Source of the DNA: a bacterium
Lineage (GTDB): Bacteria > UBA8248
Assembly: GCA_965202625.1 (NCBI GenBank)
Contig: CBDBBI010000010.1
Span: 480,001 to 544,000 of the forward strand
Direction: 5' to 3'
Length of the DNA stretch: 64,000 nt
The notes under the pieces are model-generated. The model made no database searches. It had not been told where the DNA came from and saw nothing but the letters and a program-made list of their open reading frames with translations. Positions 27,812-38,470 of the stretch are shown in pieces. Made by a program: the position numbers and the translations under genes. Each line of letters starts with the position of its first letter. Positions within the stretch are counted from its first letter, which is position 1.

Positions 27812-29158
27812 GTGAGTGAAGAATTGATTGCTGTTCTGACGCAACTAGAACGCGAGCGAGGCGTCACCAAGGACATCCTCCTTGATACCCTGAAGGTCGC
27901 CATGGCGTCAGCCGCCAAGAAACAATACGGCTTGGGTAAAAACATAGACGTCTCATTTGACGAGCAAACCGGCGAAATCGGCGTCAAGGCGGCAAAAGAG
28001 GTGGTGAGAATTATTCAAAATCCCCAGAATGAGATACTTTTGGATGAAGCACGCAAAGAAAACCCTGATATTCAGGTTGGGGATTTTCTTTCCCAAGGTG
28101 TCGAAACTGAGGGTCTAGGCAGGGTGGCTACGCAAATCGCCAAGCAAGTGATATTGCAGCGAGTCCGGGAGGCCGAGCGCGCAAACATTTACCAGGAATT
28201 CAAGGATCGTGCAGGGGATTTGATTACGGGTTCTGTCTCACAGGTGGAGCGCGGCAACATTTATGTGGATATTGGACGTACGGAGGCACTCCTCCCTCGT
28301 CGAGAGCAAATTTTCAGGGAAGTGTATAAGCGTGGAGACCGCATTCGCGCCTATGTCATGGAAGTCCGGGAAATAACGAAGGGCCCCCAAATTATTCTTA
28401 GCAGGACGCATCCGGGCCTGCTCATTCGTCTGTTTGAGATGGAGGTTCCTGAAGTTTACGATGGAATAGTGGCCATAAAAGGATGTGTCCGAGAGCCGAG
28501 CGGGCGTTCAAAAGTTTCGGTCGTGAGTCATGAGCGGGATATTGATCCTGTTGGTGCTTGTGTGGGAACGAGAGGCAGTCGTGTGCAATCGATTGTTCAG
28601 GAACTGAGAGGAGAGAAGATTGATATCATTGCTTGGAGTGATGATATACGCACGTATGCGGCGAATGCGCTCAGTCCTGCCAAAATACAACACATTGCCT
28701 TGTTTGAGGATGAACGTCGAATAGAAGTGCTAGTGCCTGATGATCAGCTTTCTTTGGCCATAGGGAAAGGCGGGCAAAATGTTCGCTTGGCAGCGAAACT
28801 CTTAGGCTGGAAAATTGATCTACAAGGGGAGGGTGAGTATCGGCGAATTATTGCTGAGCAGGCATTTTCAAGTGACCAGGGTCAAGAGAAGAAGGCGACG
28901 AGCACGATAGAGCAGGACGAAGGTGTTCAAACAACAGAGTCTGATGAAGATTCCCCGGGTGAGTTGGTGGAGCTAGAACTCGTTGGTGAGAAAATGGCGC
29001 GGCTTTTAGCGGATAATGGTTTTTCTACTATCGTGGCAATTAGTGCGGCGTCGACGGAAGAGTTGTGCCAGGTTCCCGGAATAGGACCAAAGCGTGCTGA
29101 ATTGCTTATTGAAGCGGCCCAATCGCATAAAGCGTCTGCTGGCTCAAGGCTTGAATAG
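27812..29158 (+). CDS. nusA: Transcription termination/antitermination factor
   Basis: AKQVILQRVREAER; S1 and KH domains; LSLAIGKGGQNVRLA; C-terminal HhH. Confidence 0.97.
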   Translation: MSEELIAVLTQLERERGVTKDILLDTLKVAMASAAKKQYGLGKNIDVSFDEQTGEIGVKAAKEVVRIIQNPQNEILLDEARKENPDIQVGDFLSQGVETEGLGRVATQIAKQVILQRVREAERANIYQEFKDRAGDLITGSVSQVERGNIYVDIGRTEALLPRREQIFREVYKRGDRIRAYVMEVREITKGPQIILSRTHPGLLIRLFEMEVPEVYDGIVAIKGCVREPSGRSKVSVVSHERDIDPVGACVGTRGSRVQSIVQELRGEKIDIIAWSDDIRTYAANALSPAKIQHIALFEDERRIEVLVPDDQLSLAIGKGGQNVRLAAKLLGWKIDLQGEGEYRRIIAEQAFSSDQGQEKKATSTIEQDEGVQTTESDEDSPGELVELELVGEKMARLLADNGFSTIVAISAASTEELCQVPGIGPKRAELLIEAAQSHKASAGSRLE

Positions 29159-29180
29159 ATGCAAAGCGATCTACAGCATA

Positions 29181-29720
29181 ATGAGGGAACGGACCTTGCC
29201 TCAGAGAATATGCGCAACCTGTCAGAATAAAGCCGATATGGGATTTGGGGAAATGGTGGGCAGGCTCAGAACGGAAGGTTATTTGTGCCTCAAAGAGAAG
29301 AGCGCATTGCTAGTTTGGGGTGCGCTTGCATTTATGGTCTATTCGTTCGAATCGTTTCGGAATCGCGCTGAGAAAAAAGAACCTAAGAGTTGACTCGAAG
29401 TGTGAGAATACTTTTAGACAAAAGATGGAGGGTATCCTGCGCGCCTTCAAGAGAAAGGGTGTATTGTTCAAAAATTTAAGACATTTGAAACGGATGTCGG
29501 AAGAATTTTATATTCGGTCTCTGTGATATGAAGGAATGAATGAAAGAGCATTGAACCGAAAGCCAACTTAACGTGTTATATCTGGCGGATTCCATCATTG
29601 TGGATGATCTTTCCTCGCAGATATTGCAGGGAGAAGAAATAAGCATCGGCTGAGGTGCGATATTTCTTGGGGTTCATTGTAGATTTACCCTGCCTTCGAT
29701 TTAGGGTGTGAATAATTTGT
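29181..29720 (+). pseudogene. Degenerate ylxR (DUF448), possibly with an L7Ae/ylxQ remnant
   Basis: PQRICATC and GYLC motifs at the syntenic position between nusA and infB; frame broken near 29330; 3' limit uncertain. Confidence 0.55.
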
Positions 29721-29732
29721 GGTGGAGGTTTT

Positions 29733-32006
29733 ATGGCGAATATACGCGTGTACCAACTGGCCAAGAATCTTGGGTATGACAGCAGACCCTTTGTTGAGGA
29801 ATTGGCTAGGGAGGGAATTGTAGTCAAAAGCCATATGAGCACCGTGGATGATGAAACGGCCGAACTGGTCATGACGCTTTTTTCGCAAGAAACGCCTCAG
29901 GAGGAAAAAGCGGCACTGAAAAGCAAGGCAAAAAAACCAAAGGTTTCAGAGAAAAAAACGATCGCTCAAGATGAGAAGGCAAGTAGTGGGAAAGCGAGTG
30001 ATGATGTCCTAAAAGAACTAAAATCCAAGGAAAAACGTAAGGCTCTTCAGTCTGACGAAGAAGCAGCGGCCAAGAGCGGTATCGTCACTGAGGTTACTGC
30101 TGATGAAAAGCCAGACGCGGAAAAAGACGAAATTAGTCCACAAGAGCAAATAGCCTCAGAAAAATTAACCCTATCTCCAAAAGATGAAGCCTCTGTCCTG
30201 CCACCCAGCTCCGAGAAGGTTAAACAGACGAGCAAAGAAAGAGCTATTCGCCGGCATGGAGGGCGCGTGCGCATTGCAGAGACCATAACGGTGAAGGAAC
30301 TTGCGGAGAAGATTAGCGTAAAACCAACGGAAGTGATCAAAGAGTTAATGAAGAAAGGCCAGATGACGACTATCAATCAAATGATAGATCATAGCATGGC
30401 CACCCAGATATCTGAAATCTTTGGCTATGAAGTTGAAATATCCAAGGATAATATCGAAGATTTACTGATTCAAGAAGAAGACAGGCAAGAAGACCTCGAA
30501 CTCAGAGCCCCGGTTATCACAATTATGGGTCATGTGGACCATGGAAAGACGAGGCTCCTTGACGCCATCCGCAAAGCAAACGTAATGGAAGGCGAAGCAG
30601 GCGGAATAACGCAGCATATTGGTGCCTATCGCGTCACTACGGACAAGGGGACGGCTGTATTTTTGGATACTCCAGGACATGAAGCCTTTACGGCCATGAG
30701 AGCGCGCGGTGCGCAAGTGACGGATTTGGTTATCATCGTTGTGGCAGCGAACGAAGGAGTCATGCCCCAGACGCGAGAGGCGATCGATCATGCGAAAGCT
30801 GCCGGGGTTCCAATTATGGTGGCGATGAATAAAATGGACTTGGCGGATGTAAACCCCGACAGGGTAAAGCAACAGCTCTCCACCTTGGACTTGATTCCAG
30901 AGGAATGGGGTGGTGATACTGTGTATTCGCCCATTTCCGCAAAGGAGAATATGGGTATTGACGATCTTTTAGATATGGCCATATTGCAGGCGGAACTTAT
31001 GGAGTTGAAGGCGAACCCGAATCGGCCCGCCAACGGCGTTGTAGTTGAAGCAAAGCTGGACAAGGGTCGCGGCCCGGTGGCTACCGTTCTGGTTGAACGT
31101 GGGACTTTGAATGTGAGCGATAACTTCGTGGCGGGCAAATGGAATGGCAAAGTTCGGGCGCTGCTGGATGATCAAGGTCGTAAATTGAAGGTTGCCGGAC
31201 CCTCTACTCCCGTAGAAATCTTGGGATTTGCAGGGGTTCCCGAGGCGGGTGATACGTTTACGGTTTTAGAGGACGAGAAAATGGCGCGAGAGATAAGCGC
31301 AAGGCGCCAACAACGTGAACGAATGGCGTCTCTTATGGCTTCCGCGCATGTTTCTCTGGAAAGTTTCATGGAAAGCGTAGAGGAAGGTCGGCTAAAAGAG
31401 CTCGGTTTGATTCTGAAAGCAGACGTGCAGGGAAGCATAGAGGCACTTAAGGAATCCTTGGGCAAGCTCGGCAATGATGAGGTGAGCGTCAAAGTTCTGC
31501 ATAGCGCAGTAGGAGGAGTTACCGAAACCGATGTGATGCTTGCCGCTGCTTCATCGGCCGTTATCGTAGGGTTTAACGTTCGTCCGACTCCCGGGGCCAC
31601 AGAAGCCGCGAAGCGTGAGAAGGTAGAAATTCGCTTATATTCCGTCATTTATGATGCGATTGATGAAATCAAGCTGGCTCTTGAGGGAATACTCGAACCC
31701 GTTCAGCGAGAGGTGGTGCGCGGACATGCGCAAATCAGGGAACTATTCCATGTTCCCAACGTAGGGACAATAGCGGGCTGTTATGTCACCGACGGAAATA
31801 TCAAAAGGGATTCAGGAATTCGACTTATTCGCGATAGCGTAGTGATCTATACGGGGAAAATTTCATCTTTGCGGCGATTCAAAGATGGTGTGAACGAGGT
31901 GCAGTCCGGCTATGAGTGTGGAATCGGAATTGAGAATTATAATGATATCAAGCGAGGTGATATTATAGAGCCATTCGTTGTGGAAGAAGTATCTCGGACC
32001 CTCTAG
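29733..32006 (+). CDS. infB: Translation initiation factor IF-2
   Basis: [27 protein letters not shown] and NKMD motifs. Confidence 0.98.
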   Translation: MANIRVYQLAKNLGYDSRPFVEELAREGIVVKSHMSTVDDETAELVMTLFSQETPQEEKAALKSKAKKPKVSEKKTIAQDEKASSGKASDDVLKELKSKEKRKALQSDEEAAAKSGIVTEVTADEKPDAEKDEISPQEQIASEKLTLSPKDEASVLPPSSEKVKQTSKERAIRRHGGRVRIAETITVKELAEKISVKPTEVIKELMKKGQMTTINQMIDHSMATQISEIFGYEVEISKDNIEDLLIQEEDRQEDLELRAPVITIMGHVDHGKTRLLDAIRKANVMEGEAGGITQHIGAYRVTTDKGTAVFLDTPGHEAFTAMRARGAQVTDLVIIVVAANEGVMPQTREAIDHAKAAGVPIMVAMNKMDLADVNPDRVKQQLSTLDLIPEEWGGDTVYSPISAKENMGIDDLLDMAILQAELMELKANPNRPANGVVVEAKLDKGRGPVATVLVERGTLNVSDNFVAGKWNGKVRALLDDQGRKLKVAGPSTPVEILGFAGVPEAGDTFTVLEDEKMAREISARRQQRERMASLMASAHVSLESFMESVEEGRLKELGLILKADVQGSIEALKESLGKLGNDEVSVKVLHSAVGGVTETDVMLAAASSAVIVGFNVRPTPGATEAAKREKVEIRLYSVIYDAIDEIKLALEGILEPVQREVVRGHAQIRELFHVPNVGTIAGCYVTDGNIKRDSGIRLIRDSVVIYTGKISSLRRFKDGVNEVQSGYECGIGIENYNDIKRGDIIEPFVVEEVSRTL

Positions 32007-32039
32007 GCACATTTCTGTCGCCTGTGAAATTTTGCGTCC

Positions 32040-32324
32040 ATGTCCATTGTTGGGCTTCTCACAGTCGACATTCAGATTCCTGAATGTCGCTCCCTAAAAG
32101 CGAAGCGCAAGGTAGTCCAATCGGTAACGACGCGTTTGCGTCAGCGGTTCAATGTTTCTGTCGCCGAAGTCGATTTTCAGGATAAATGGCAAAGATGTCG
32201 CATCGGCGTGAGTTTGGTAAGTAATGATACGCGACTCGTAGACGGCCAATTGCGAAAAGCGCTGAACTTCCTCGAGGGAATGGGTCTCATAGTTTTGCTG
32301 GATTATGATATTGAGATTTTTTGA
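32040..32324 (+). CDS. DUF503 family protein (YlxP)
   Basis: SLKAKRKV and FNVSVAEVDFQDKWQR motifs; conserved position after infB. Confidence 0.92.
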   Translation: MSIVGLLTVDIQIPECRSLKAKRKVVQSVTTRLRQRFNVSVAEVDFQDKWQRCRIGVSLVSNDTRLVDGQLRKALNFLEGMGLIVLLDYDIEIF

Positions 32325-32350
32325 TTTTCAGGAGAACGAGCGAAAAAAAA

Positions 32351-32710
32351 ATGAGTCATTCTCGCATGTTGCGTGTGGCGGAACTCATACAGTCGGAATT
32401 GGCGAATCTGGTGATGAGAGATGTGAAAGATCCGCGCGTACGGCATGTTGTGATTACGCGAGTAGAAGTGTCTCCTGATTTGACGTCTGCGAGAGTATCT
32501 TTCAGCCGTTACGGTGAAAATCAGGGAAACTCCGAAGAGATGGAAGAGGGGAGAAAAGGTCTCCAAAGCGCGAGCGGTTTCTTGCAAAGGAAACTTGCCG
32601 AGCGATTGGAATTGAGAAGTACGCCAAGGCTGAAATTTTTCGCTGATCATGGTTTAGCGCATAGCTATGAAATGGAGCGTTTATTGTCTGAGGTGAATAA
32701 ACGAGGTTAA
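32351..32710 (+). CDS. rbfA: Ribosome-binding factor A
   Basis: VKDPR, ITRVEVSPDL and LRSTPRLKFFAD motifs. Confidence 0.95.
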   Translation: MSHSRMLRVAELIQSELANLVMRDVKDPRVRHVVITRVEVSPDLTSARVSFSRYGENQGNSEEMEEGRKGLQSASGFLQRKLAERLELRSTPRLKFFADHGLAHSYEMERLLSEVNKRG

Positions 32711-32720
32711 GGAAGGAGGA

Positions 32721-33650
32721 ATGTTGGCGCTCTCGGGAGTGGTAAACCTCAAAAAAAAACATGGCCCCACTTCGCACGATATGGTCGATGAGGTGAGGAG
32801 ACTTCTTCCTAGAAAAACGAAAGTGGGTCACGCAGGGACACTTGACCCTATGGCCGAAGGCGTTTTGCCGATTTGCATTGGTAATTCGACAAAATTGTTT
32901 TCATATTTTTTAGAGTGCCGAAAAACGTATCGGGCCGTTATGCTGTTTGGACGTGTGACGGATACCTTGGACATTACGGGAAAATTGTTGGATGAGTCGG
33001 ACCCGGGCGATATCACTTTCTCTCAAGCCAGAGAGCTTCTGAGCGCTGTGCAGGGAAAGACCACGCAGCTACCGCCGATGTATTCCGCTTTAAAAGTCGA
33101 TGGAAAACGCTTACATGAGTTTGCGCGTTCGGGCCGGGAAGTTGAAAGAGAGAAACGGATTATCGAGGTATTTCAAATAGAAGCGGTCAAAATTGATGGT
33201 CCACAACTTACCTTTGACGTCACGTGTTCTCGGGGAACGTATATTCGCTCCATTTGTCATGATATTGGCGCCACGCAAGGTTCTGGTGGATGCCTACAAG
33301 CGCTTACGCGCACTGCTTTGGGCCCGTTTGCGCTTGAGGATTCAGTTCCGATCGGAGAAGTGCGGAATTACGTGAAAGACGGGCGACTCGGAGAGATTCT
33401 CATAAGTCCGGTCCAGGCTCTCGCGCATTTACCCGCCGTCTTTGTGCATCCGAGAGCAAAGGTGAGGGTATTGAATGGCGCGCCAATTAGGTTGGAAGAT
33501 GTGCAACAGGGGGTTGATTTGCCTGTAGGTACTCGTGTCCGTATGCTGAGCGAACCGGGAGATTTGTTGGCGGTTGGAAAGATGCTCTATAAAGATAAAC
33601 AGAAACGAAACGAGAGGTTTGTGGCACCTGAAAAAGTATTTGGTCCCTAG
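32721..33650 (+). CDS. truB: tRNA pseudouridine(55) synthase
   Basis: KVGHAGTLDPMAEG, QLPPMYSALK and CSRGTYIRS motifs. Confidence 0.96.
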   Translation: MLALSGVVNLKKKHGPTSHDMVDEVRRLLPRKTKVGHAGTLDPMAEGVLPICIGNSTKLFSYFLECRKTYRAVMLFGRVTDTLDITGKLLDESDPGDITFSQARELLSAVQGKTTQLPPMYSALKVDGKRLHEFARSGREVEREKRIIEVFQIEAVKIDGPQLTFDVTCSRGTYIRSICHDIGATQGSGGCLQALTRTALGPFALEDSVPIGEVRNYVKDGRLGEILISPVQALAHLPAVFVHPRAKVRVLNGAPIRLEDVQQGVDLPVGTRVRMLSEPGDLLAVGKMLYKDKQKRNERFVAPEKVFGP

Positions 33651-33785
33651 AAGCGCGCGGGGAGGATGTGCCTCGTATTTACATTGATGAAAAAGTTGTA
33701 TAGAATTTGCCTGTTTTCAAGATGAATGCGTGAATGAGTCCCGGGGGACGGGGCGACATTCCAAGAAGTGGAGGAAGTAAAGGAA

Positions 33786-34055
33786 ATGCCTTTAGTGAAG
33801 GCGAAAAAATCGGAAGTTATAGAAAAGTTCCGGACGCATGATACCGACACTGGTTCTCCAGAAGTGCAAGTAGCTATTTTAACCGAGCGGATTATCTACC
33901 TTACAGCGCACTTCAAGACCCACAAGAAAGATCATCACTCCCGAAGAGGGTTACTGAAACTCGTGGGTCAGCGGCGTCGCCTTCTTGATTATCTGAAAGA
34001 GAAGGAAATTAACCGCTACCGTACGATCATTCAGGAACTCGGCCTGCGCCGCTAG
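33786..34055 (+). CDS. rpsO: 30S ribosomal protein S15
   Basis: [10 protein letters not shown] and [22 protein letters not shown] motifs. Confidence 0.98.
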   Translation: MPLVKAKKSEVIEKFRTHDTDTGSPEVQVAILTERIIYLTAHFKTHKKDHHSRRGLLKLVGQRRRLLDYLKEKEINRYRTIIQELGLRR

Positions 34056-34087
34056 GCGGTGCCCCTTCCCCAGAGGGAAGTAATCAC

Positions 34088-36223
34088 ATGCCATTATATC
34101 GCAAAGACACGTCTATAAATGGTTATACCCTCGCCTTTGAAACGGGTGAGATCGCCAAGCAAGCCGGTGGCGCCGTCATGATGCACTATGGAGAAACTGG
34201 CGTGCTCTGTACCGCTTGCGCCTCGTTTTCTTCTCGTGAGGGGATAGACTTTTTCCCGCTTACCGTTGATTATCGAGAGTTTTTCTACGCAGCCGGAATT
34301 ATTCCGGGCAACTTCTTTCGGCGAGAAGCAAGGCCCGGCGAGAGAGAAATATTAACTTGTCGTTTGATCGATAGGCCTATCCGACCTCTTTTTCCAAAAG
34401 AATTTCGCTGTGAGACGATGATCCAGGTGATGGTCATGTCTTATGACAAGTTGAATGATTCCGACATCTTAGCGCTCAATGGCGCTTCCGCCGCCCTCCA
34501 TATTTCGGACATCCCTTTTGCTGGCCCAATCGGCGCCGTTCGCGTCGGAAGAGTCGATGGAAAGATTATTGTCAACCCCACGGTCGAGCAGCAAATTGAC
34601 AGCGACGTAAATTGTGTGATGGCCGGAACGTCAGACGCGATAGTCATGGTGGAAGCCGGTAGTTTTGAAGTTTCCGAAGATGTGTATATGGAAGTATTTG
34701 AAAAAGGTCATTCGGTGATCCGGGATCTGTGTGCTTTACAGGATGACTTGAGGGCGGAATGTGGAAAAGCAAAGCGATCGATAGAGCCTGAGGAAGAAGA
34801 TGCGGAACTGCTTGAAAAGGTTCGTGAAATTGTTGTTCCCAAATTGAAAGCGGCCGCTGAAGTTCACGACAAAGCGGGGCAATACGACGCGATTGATGAA
34901 GCGAAATCTGCTGCCGTCGATTCTCTTTGTCTATCCGGGGAAGGAGTGCCAGCTAAGGAAGTGGTTTCGGATTATTTCGGCAAGATCGAAAAAGAGGTAT
35001 TCCGCGGTTTGATTCTGGATGAGGGAAAACGTGCGGATGGTCGGTCACTTCGTGACGTCAGACCAATTACTATCCGGATGTCGCCGCTTGCCAGACCTCA
35101 TGGCAGCGCGTTGTTTACGCGAGGTGAAACCCAGGCGTTTGTGACGGTAACCCTCGGCACTGCTTCTGAAGCACAACTGATAGACACATTAGATGGCAAG
35201 GCCGATAGGACTTTTCTGTTGCACTATAATTTCCCCGGATTCAGCGTTGGTGAAGCGAAGCCAAATCGAGGCCCCGGTCGCCGGGAAATTGGTCATGGCG
35301 CGCTTGCTTCTCGCGCTGTACAGGCGATATTGCCTGAACATGAAGATTTCCCCTATACGATTCGGGTGGTTTCAGACATTACGGAGAGCAATGGCAGCTC
35401 ATCCATGGCGACCATATGTGGCGCAAGCTTGGCTTTAATGAAAGCGGGTGTGCCGATAACATCCCCTGTGGCCGGCATCGCTATGGGGCTGATTAGCGAA
35501 CAATCCACAGGAAGAACGGCGATACTCACCGATATTCTGGGCTTGGAAGATCATTTGGGTGATATGGACTTCAAAGTGGGTGGTACACGCCATGGCATTA
35601 CTGCGCTTCAGATGGACATCAAGATTAAGGGACTTCAATTGAGCCTCGTAAGAGATGCTCTTGCGCAAGCGAACGATGCGCGAATGTACGTGCTTGATCA
35701 GATGGATAAGGTGATCTCCCAGCCGAACGAGGAGATATCTCCTTATGCGCCGAGAATTATGACGATGCAGATCTCCAAGGATCGCGTGAGAGATGTGATT
35801 GGACCGGGTGGAAAAGTGATTCGCGGCATTGTCGAGGAAACGGGGGCGGATGTAGATATTGAGGATGATGGCACCATCTTTATCTCGTCTACGGATGAAG
35901 CGGCAGCCCTTAGGGCGAAAGAGATTATTCGCGAACTCACTCAAGAAGCCGAGAAGGACAAGATTTATTATGGGACGGTGAGAAAAATTATGGACTTCGG
36001 AGCGTTTGTCGAGATATTCCCGGGGACGGATGGCCTTTGTCACATCAGCATGATCTCGAAGCGGAGGATTGGCTCCGTGAGCAACGTCTTAAAGGAGGGC
36101 CAGAAAATTCTTGTAAAATGCGTAGAGGTGGAAGGAAACGGCAGAATTCGCCTTTCAATGAAGGATGTGCGCGAAGATGAATTGCCCGAGGAATGGAAGC
36201 AATTCTATGCCCCGGTGGTCTGA
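34088..36223 (+). CDS. pnp: Polyribonucleotide nucleotidyltransferase
   Basis: FFPLTVDY, RLIDRPIRP, RREIGHG, SNGSSSMA and GDMDFKV motifs; KH and S1 domains. Confidence 0.98.
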   Translation: MPLYRKDTSINGYTLAFETGEIAKQAGGAVMMHYGETGVLCTACASFSSREGIDFFPLTVDYREFFYAAGIIPGNFFRREARPGEREILTCRLIDRPIRPLFPKEFRCETMIQVMVMSYDKLNDSDILALNGASAALHISDIPFAGPIGAVRVGRVDGKIIVNPTVEQQIDSDVNCVMAGTSDAIVMVEAGSFEVSEDVYMEVFEKGHSVIRDLCALQDDLRAECGKAKRSIEPEEEDAELLEKVREIVVPKLKAAAEVHDKAGQYDAIDEAKSAAVDSLCLSGEGVPAKEVVSDYFGKIEKEVFRGLILDEGKRADGRSLRDVRPITIRMSPLARPHGSALFTRGETQAFVTVTLGTASEAQLIDTLDGKADRTFLLHYNFPGFSVGEAKPNRGPGRREIGHGALASRAVQAILPEHEDFPYTIRVVSDITESNGSSSMATICGASLALMKAGVPITSPVAGIAMGLISEQSTGRTAILTDILGLEDHLGDMDFKVGGTRHGITALQMDIKIKGLQLSLVRDALAQANDARMYVLDQMDKVISQPNEEISPYAPRIMTMQISKDRVRDVIGPGGKVIRGIVEETGADVDIEDDGTIFISSTDEAAALRAKEIIRELTQEAEKDKIYYGTVRKIMDFGAFVEIFPGTDGLCHISMISKRRIGSVSNVLKEGQKILVKCVEVEGNGRIRLSMKDVREDELPEEWKQFYAPVV

Positions 36224-36249
36224 GGAAGCGAAATCTGAGGATATATGCG

Positions 36250-36278
36250 GCCGGCCTCTTGCGTGAGGCCGGTTTTTT
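36250..36278 (+). terminator. Intrinsic terminator after pnp
   Basis: CCGGCCTC-TTGCGT-GAGGCCGG-TTTTTT. Confidence 0.85.
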
Positions 36279-36352
36279 ATTTATAGGCGGCGCATTCGTT
36301 TTCTATGATGACAGTGAATCGCCACACGGCCTCATATATTCCGAGGGTGGAA

Positions 36353-37441
36353 ATGAATAAAAAATCGTTGGGCGTAGGCGTTGTCGGCTCTGGCAGGATC
36401 GGAACGTTGCGAGCCAATTTGGTCTCCCAACATCCATCTCTAGGATTTTTGGCCGTATCGGACCTCGATCCGAATCGGGCGAAAGAACTAGGAAAAAAAG
36501 TAGGGGCGCAACTCGCTACCGGTAGGAACGAGGAGATAATAGAACACCCAGATGTCACCACGGTCATTGTGTCCACGCCTGAGCATGAGCACGCGAATTC
36601 CATCATACACGCCTTAGAATTAGGCAAACCTGTTTTGGTTGAAAAGCCGATCTCCCTAACGCTGGAGGATGCCGATCGCATCCTCTCTGTAGCCAAGAGG
36701 ACGGAAACGGAACTCAGGGTGGGTTACGCCCAGCGATTCAAGCGTCGCTACCAGATGGCGAAAGAGCAAATTATTCAGGGGAGATTAGGAGAAATTCTGG
36801 CGGGCATGGGCCGAACCTGTAATACTCGCGCTCAAGGACTACAGATCCTCCAGCGTTCTCCCCACGCCACGCCAGTGCTTGACGTCCTCACTTATTGGGT
36901 GGACATGACCTGCTGGTTCATGCAGGGACATAGGCCGGTAGAAGTGGTCGCCCGTGGAAACGGCAAAATATATAAAAAATACGGGTATTCGGCGAACGAT
37001 GTCACTTGGTCCATAATCACGTTCAGCAATGGGGCTGTAATGAATCTGGGCGTTTTTTACGCTTTACCCGAGAAGTATCCTGCACTCGGTCAAAGTGTGA
37101 GGATGGAGATTTATGGTACGGATGGCGTTTTAATGCTTGATGAGGACCATAAGGATGAAATGCTGTATACGGACAAGGGAATTCCCCACACATACATACC
37201 GGATCATCGCATCAACACGGCGTTCTTGAGCAGTACGACACCCGGTGATTGGGCGGTGGGCAACTATTGGGGGCCTTTAGGTGATGAAACGAGAAGTTGG
37301 CTCGATCATGTCATCAACGGGCGACCCACGACCCATGCCACCGCGGAGGATGCGCGTCAAACCTTGGAGGTGACTATAGCGATGGAGCTCTCCTCCCAGA
37401 CGGGAGAGGCTGTGGGGCTGCCATTGGGCGAGGGATATTAA
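36353..37441 (+). CDS. Gfo/Idh/MocA family oxidoreductase
   Basis: GVVGSGRIG, STPEHEH, VLVEKP and VGYAQRF motifs. Confidence 0.9.
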   Translation: MNKKSLGVGVVGSGRIGTLRANLVSQHPSLGFLAVSDLDPNRAKELGKKVGAQLATGRNEEIIEHPDVTTVIVSTPEHEHANSIIHALELGKPVLVEKPISLTLEDADRILSVAKRTETELRVGYAQRFKRRYQMAKEQIIQGRLGEILAGMGRTCNTRAQGLQILQRSPHATPVLDVLTYWVDMTCWFMQGHRPVEVVARGNGKIYKKYGYSANDVTWSIITFSNGAVMNLGVFYALPEKYPALGQSVRMEIYGTDGVLMLDEDHKDEMLYTDKGIPHTYIPDHRINTAFLSSTTPGDWAVGNYWGPLGDETRSWLDHVINGRPTTHATAEDARQTLEVTIAMELSSQTGEAVGLPLGEGY

Positions 37442-37539
37442 AGAATGCGACCTATGGGCGAAGACGAAGATACTGCCTTTTCCTTTTGGAGCCAGTTGCA
37501 CACAATCACTTGACGATGTTTCGCTGTTTCCCACCCTTG

Positions 37540-38355
37540 TTAAATGCGCATAAGATCCTGGCCAAAAATAATTTTTCCTCTAAAGAACCGCGCCACCTCT
37601 TCTATGGCTTTCTCTTTGGGCACCATGGGTGGCGTAAGATGCGAAAGAACGAGGGTTTTTATATTTGCCTCCGTCGCGGTTTGGCCAACTTCTTCTGTTG
37701 TCGCATGATGGCCGGCGATGATTTTCGCCATGTGTTCTGTTTGCCCGAGCATCTCAACGATAGATTCCGGAATGCACGGGTGCATCATTAAAATGTCGGC
37801 GTCTCTTGCAAATGGTACCAGTTTGTCAGTTGGACTCCCATCGCTTGCGATGACGATGCTTATTCCTTCTGCTTCAAATCGATATGACAGGATATCGCCG
37901 ACATTCCCATGGTGCATGCATTTATCGGCATAGATTTTCAGTCCATCGATTGTGAGCACATTCTTGGGAAAGATGACGGTTGTCTTCAGGTCAAGTCCGG
38001 TTCTGGGTTTGCCTTCTTGTGCCCGAAGTTCAATATCATACTCATAGTAATGAAGCATTCGCGCAACGTGCTGCTCCACAGGTGTGGGACCAAGAACGTG
38101 CAGAGTTTCCGACGCCCCGAACAACCAGCGCGTGATGTAAAAATCGCCAAAGCCGGTGAAATGGTCTGAGTGAAAATGCGTAAAAAAAAGATGGTCGACC
38201 GATTGAAGCGGATAGCCCGCGGATACAATTTGACGTGGAACGTTCCTGCCCGCGTCCACGAGATAAAGCTTATCCCCAAGAGCAATTCCGTTCGCGTGCC
38301 CACTCGCTTCAGGATATGGCGGCGGCGAGCCCACGCCCAACAGGATGAGTTCCAT
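37540..38355 (-). CDS. MBL-fold hydrolase (RNase Z/arylsulfatase AtsA-like)
   Basis: LLGVGSP, LVDAG, THFHSDH, HHAT and LVLSHL motifs. Confidence 0.88.
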   Translation of the reverse strand: MELILLGVGSPPPYPEASGHANGIALGDKLYLVDAGRNVPRQIVSAGYPLQSVDHLFFTHFHSDHFTGFGDFYITRWLFGASETLHVLGPTPVEQHVARMLHYYEYDIELRAQEGKPRTGLDLKTTVIFPKNVLTIDGLKIYADKCMHHGNVGDILSYRFEAEGISIVIASDGSPTDKLVPFARDADILMMHPCIPESIVEMLGQTEHMAKIIAGHHATTEEVGQTATEANIKTLVLSHLTPPMVPKEKAIEEVARFFRGKIIFGQDLMRI

Positions 38356-38470
38356 ATGGCACCTCTATCGAAAAATATGGGTTGATAAGGAAGGCAGAAC
38401 CAAGGCGGAACCTCGATTAACAAATAAACTGACTTACTCGATATGTGCTCCGGACCGCCTCTTTGCTTGA

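Noticed and set aside
33725-33785. S15 autoregulatory leader upstream of rpsO
   Set aside because: Some pairing (GAATG/CATTC) exists but not enough to assign a structure.
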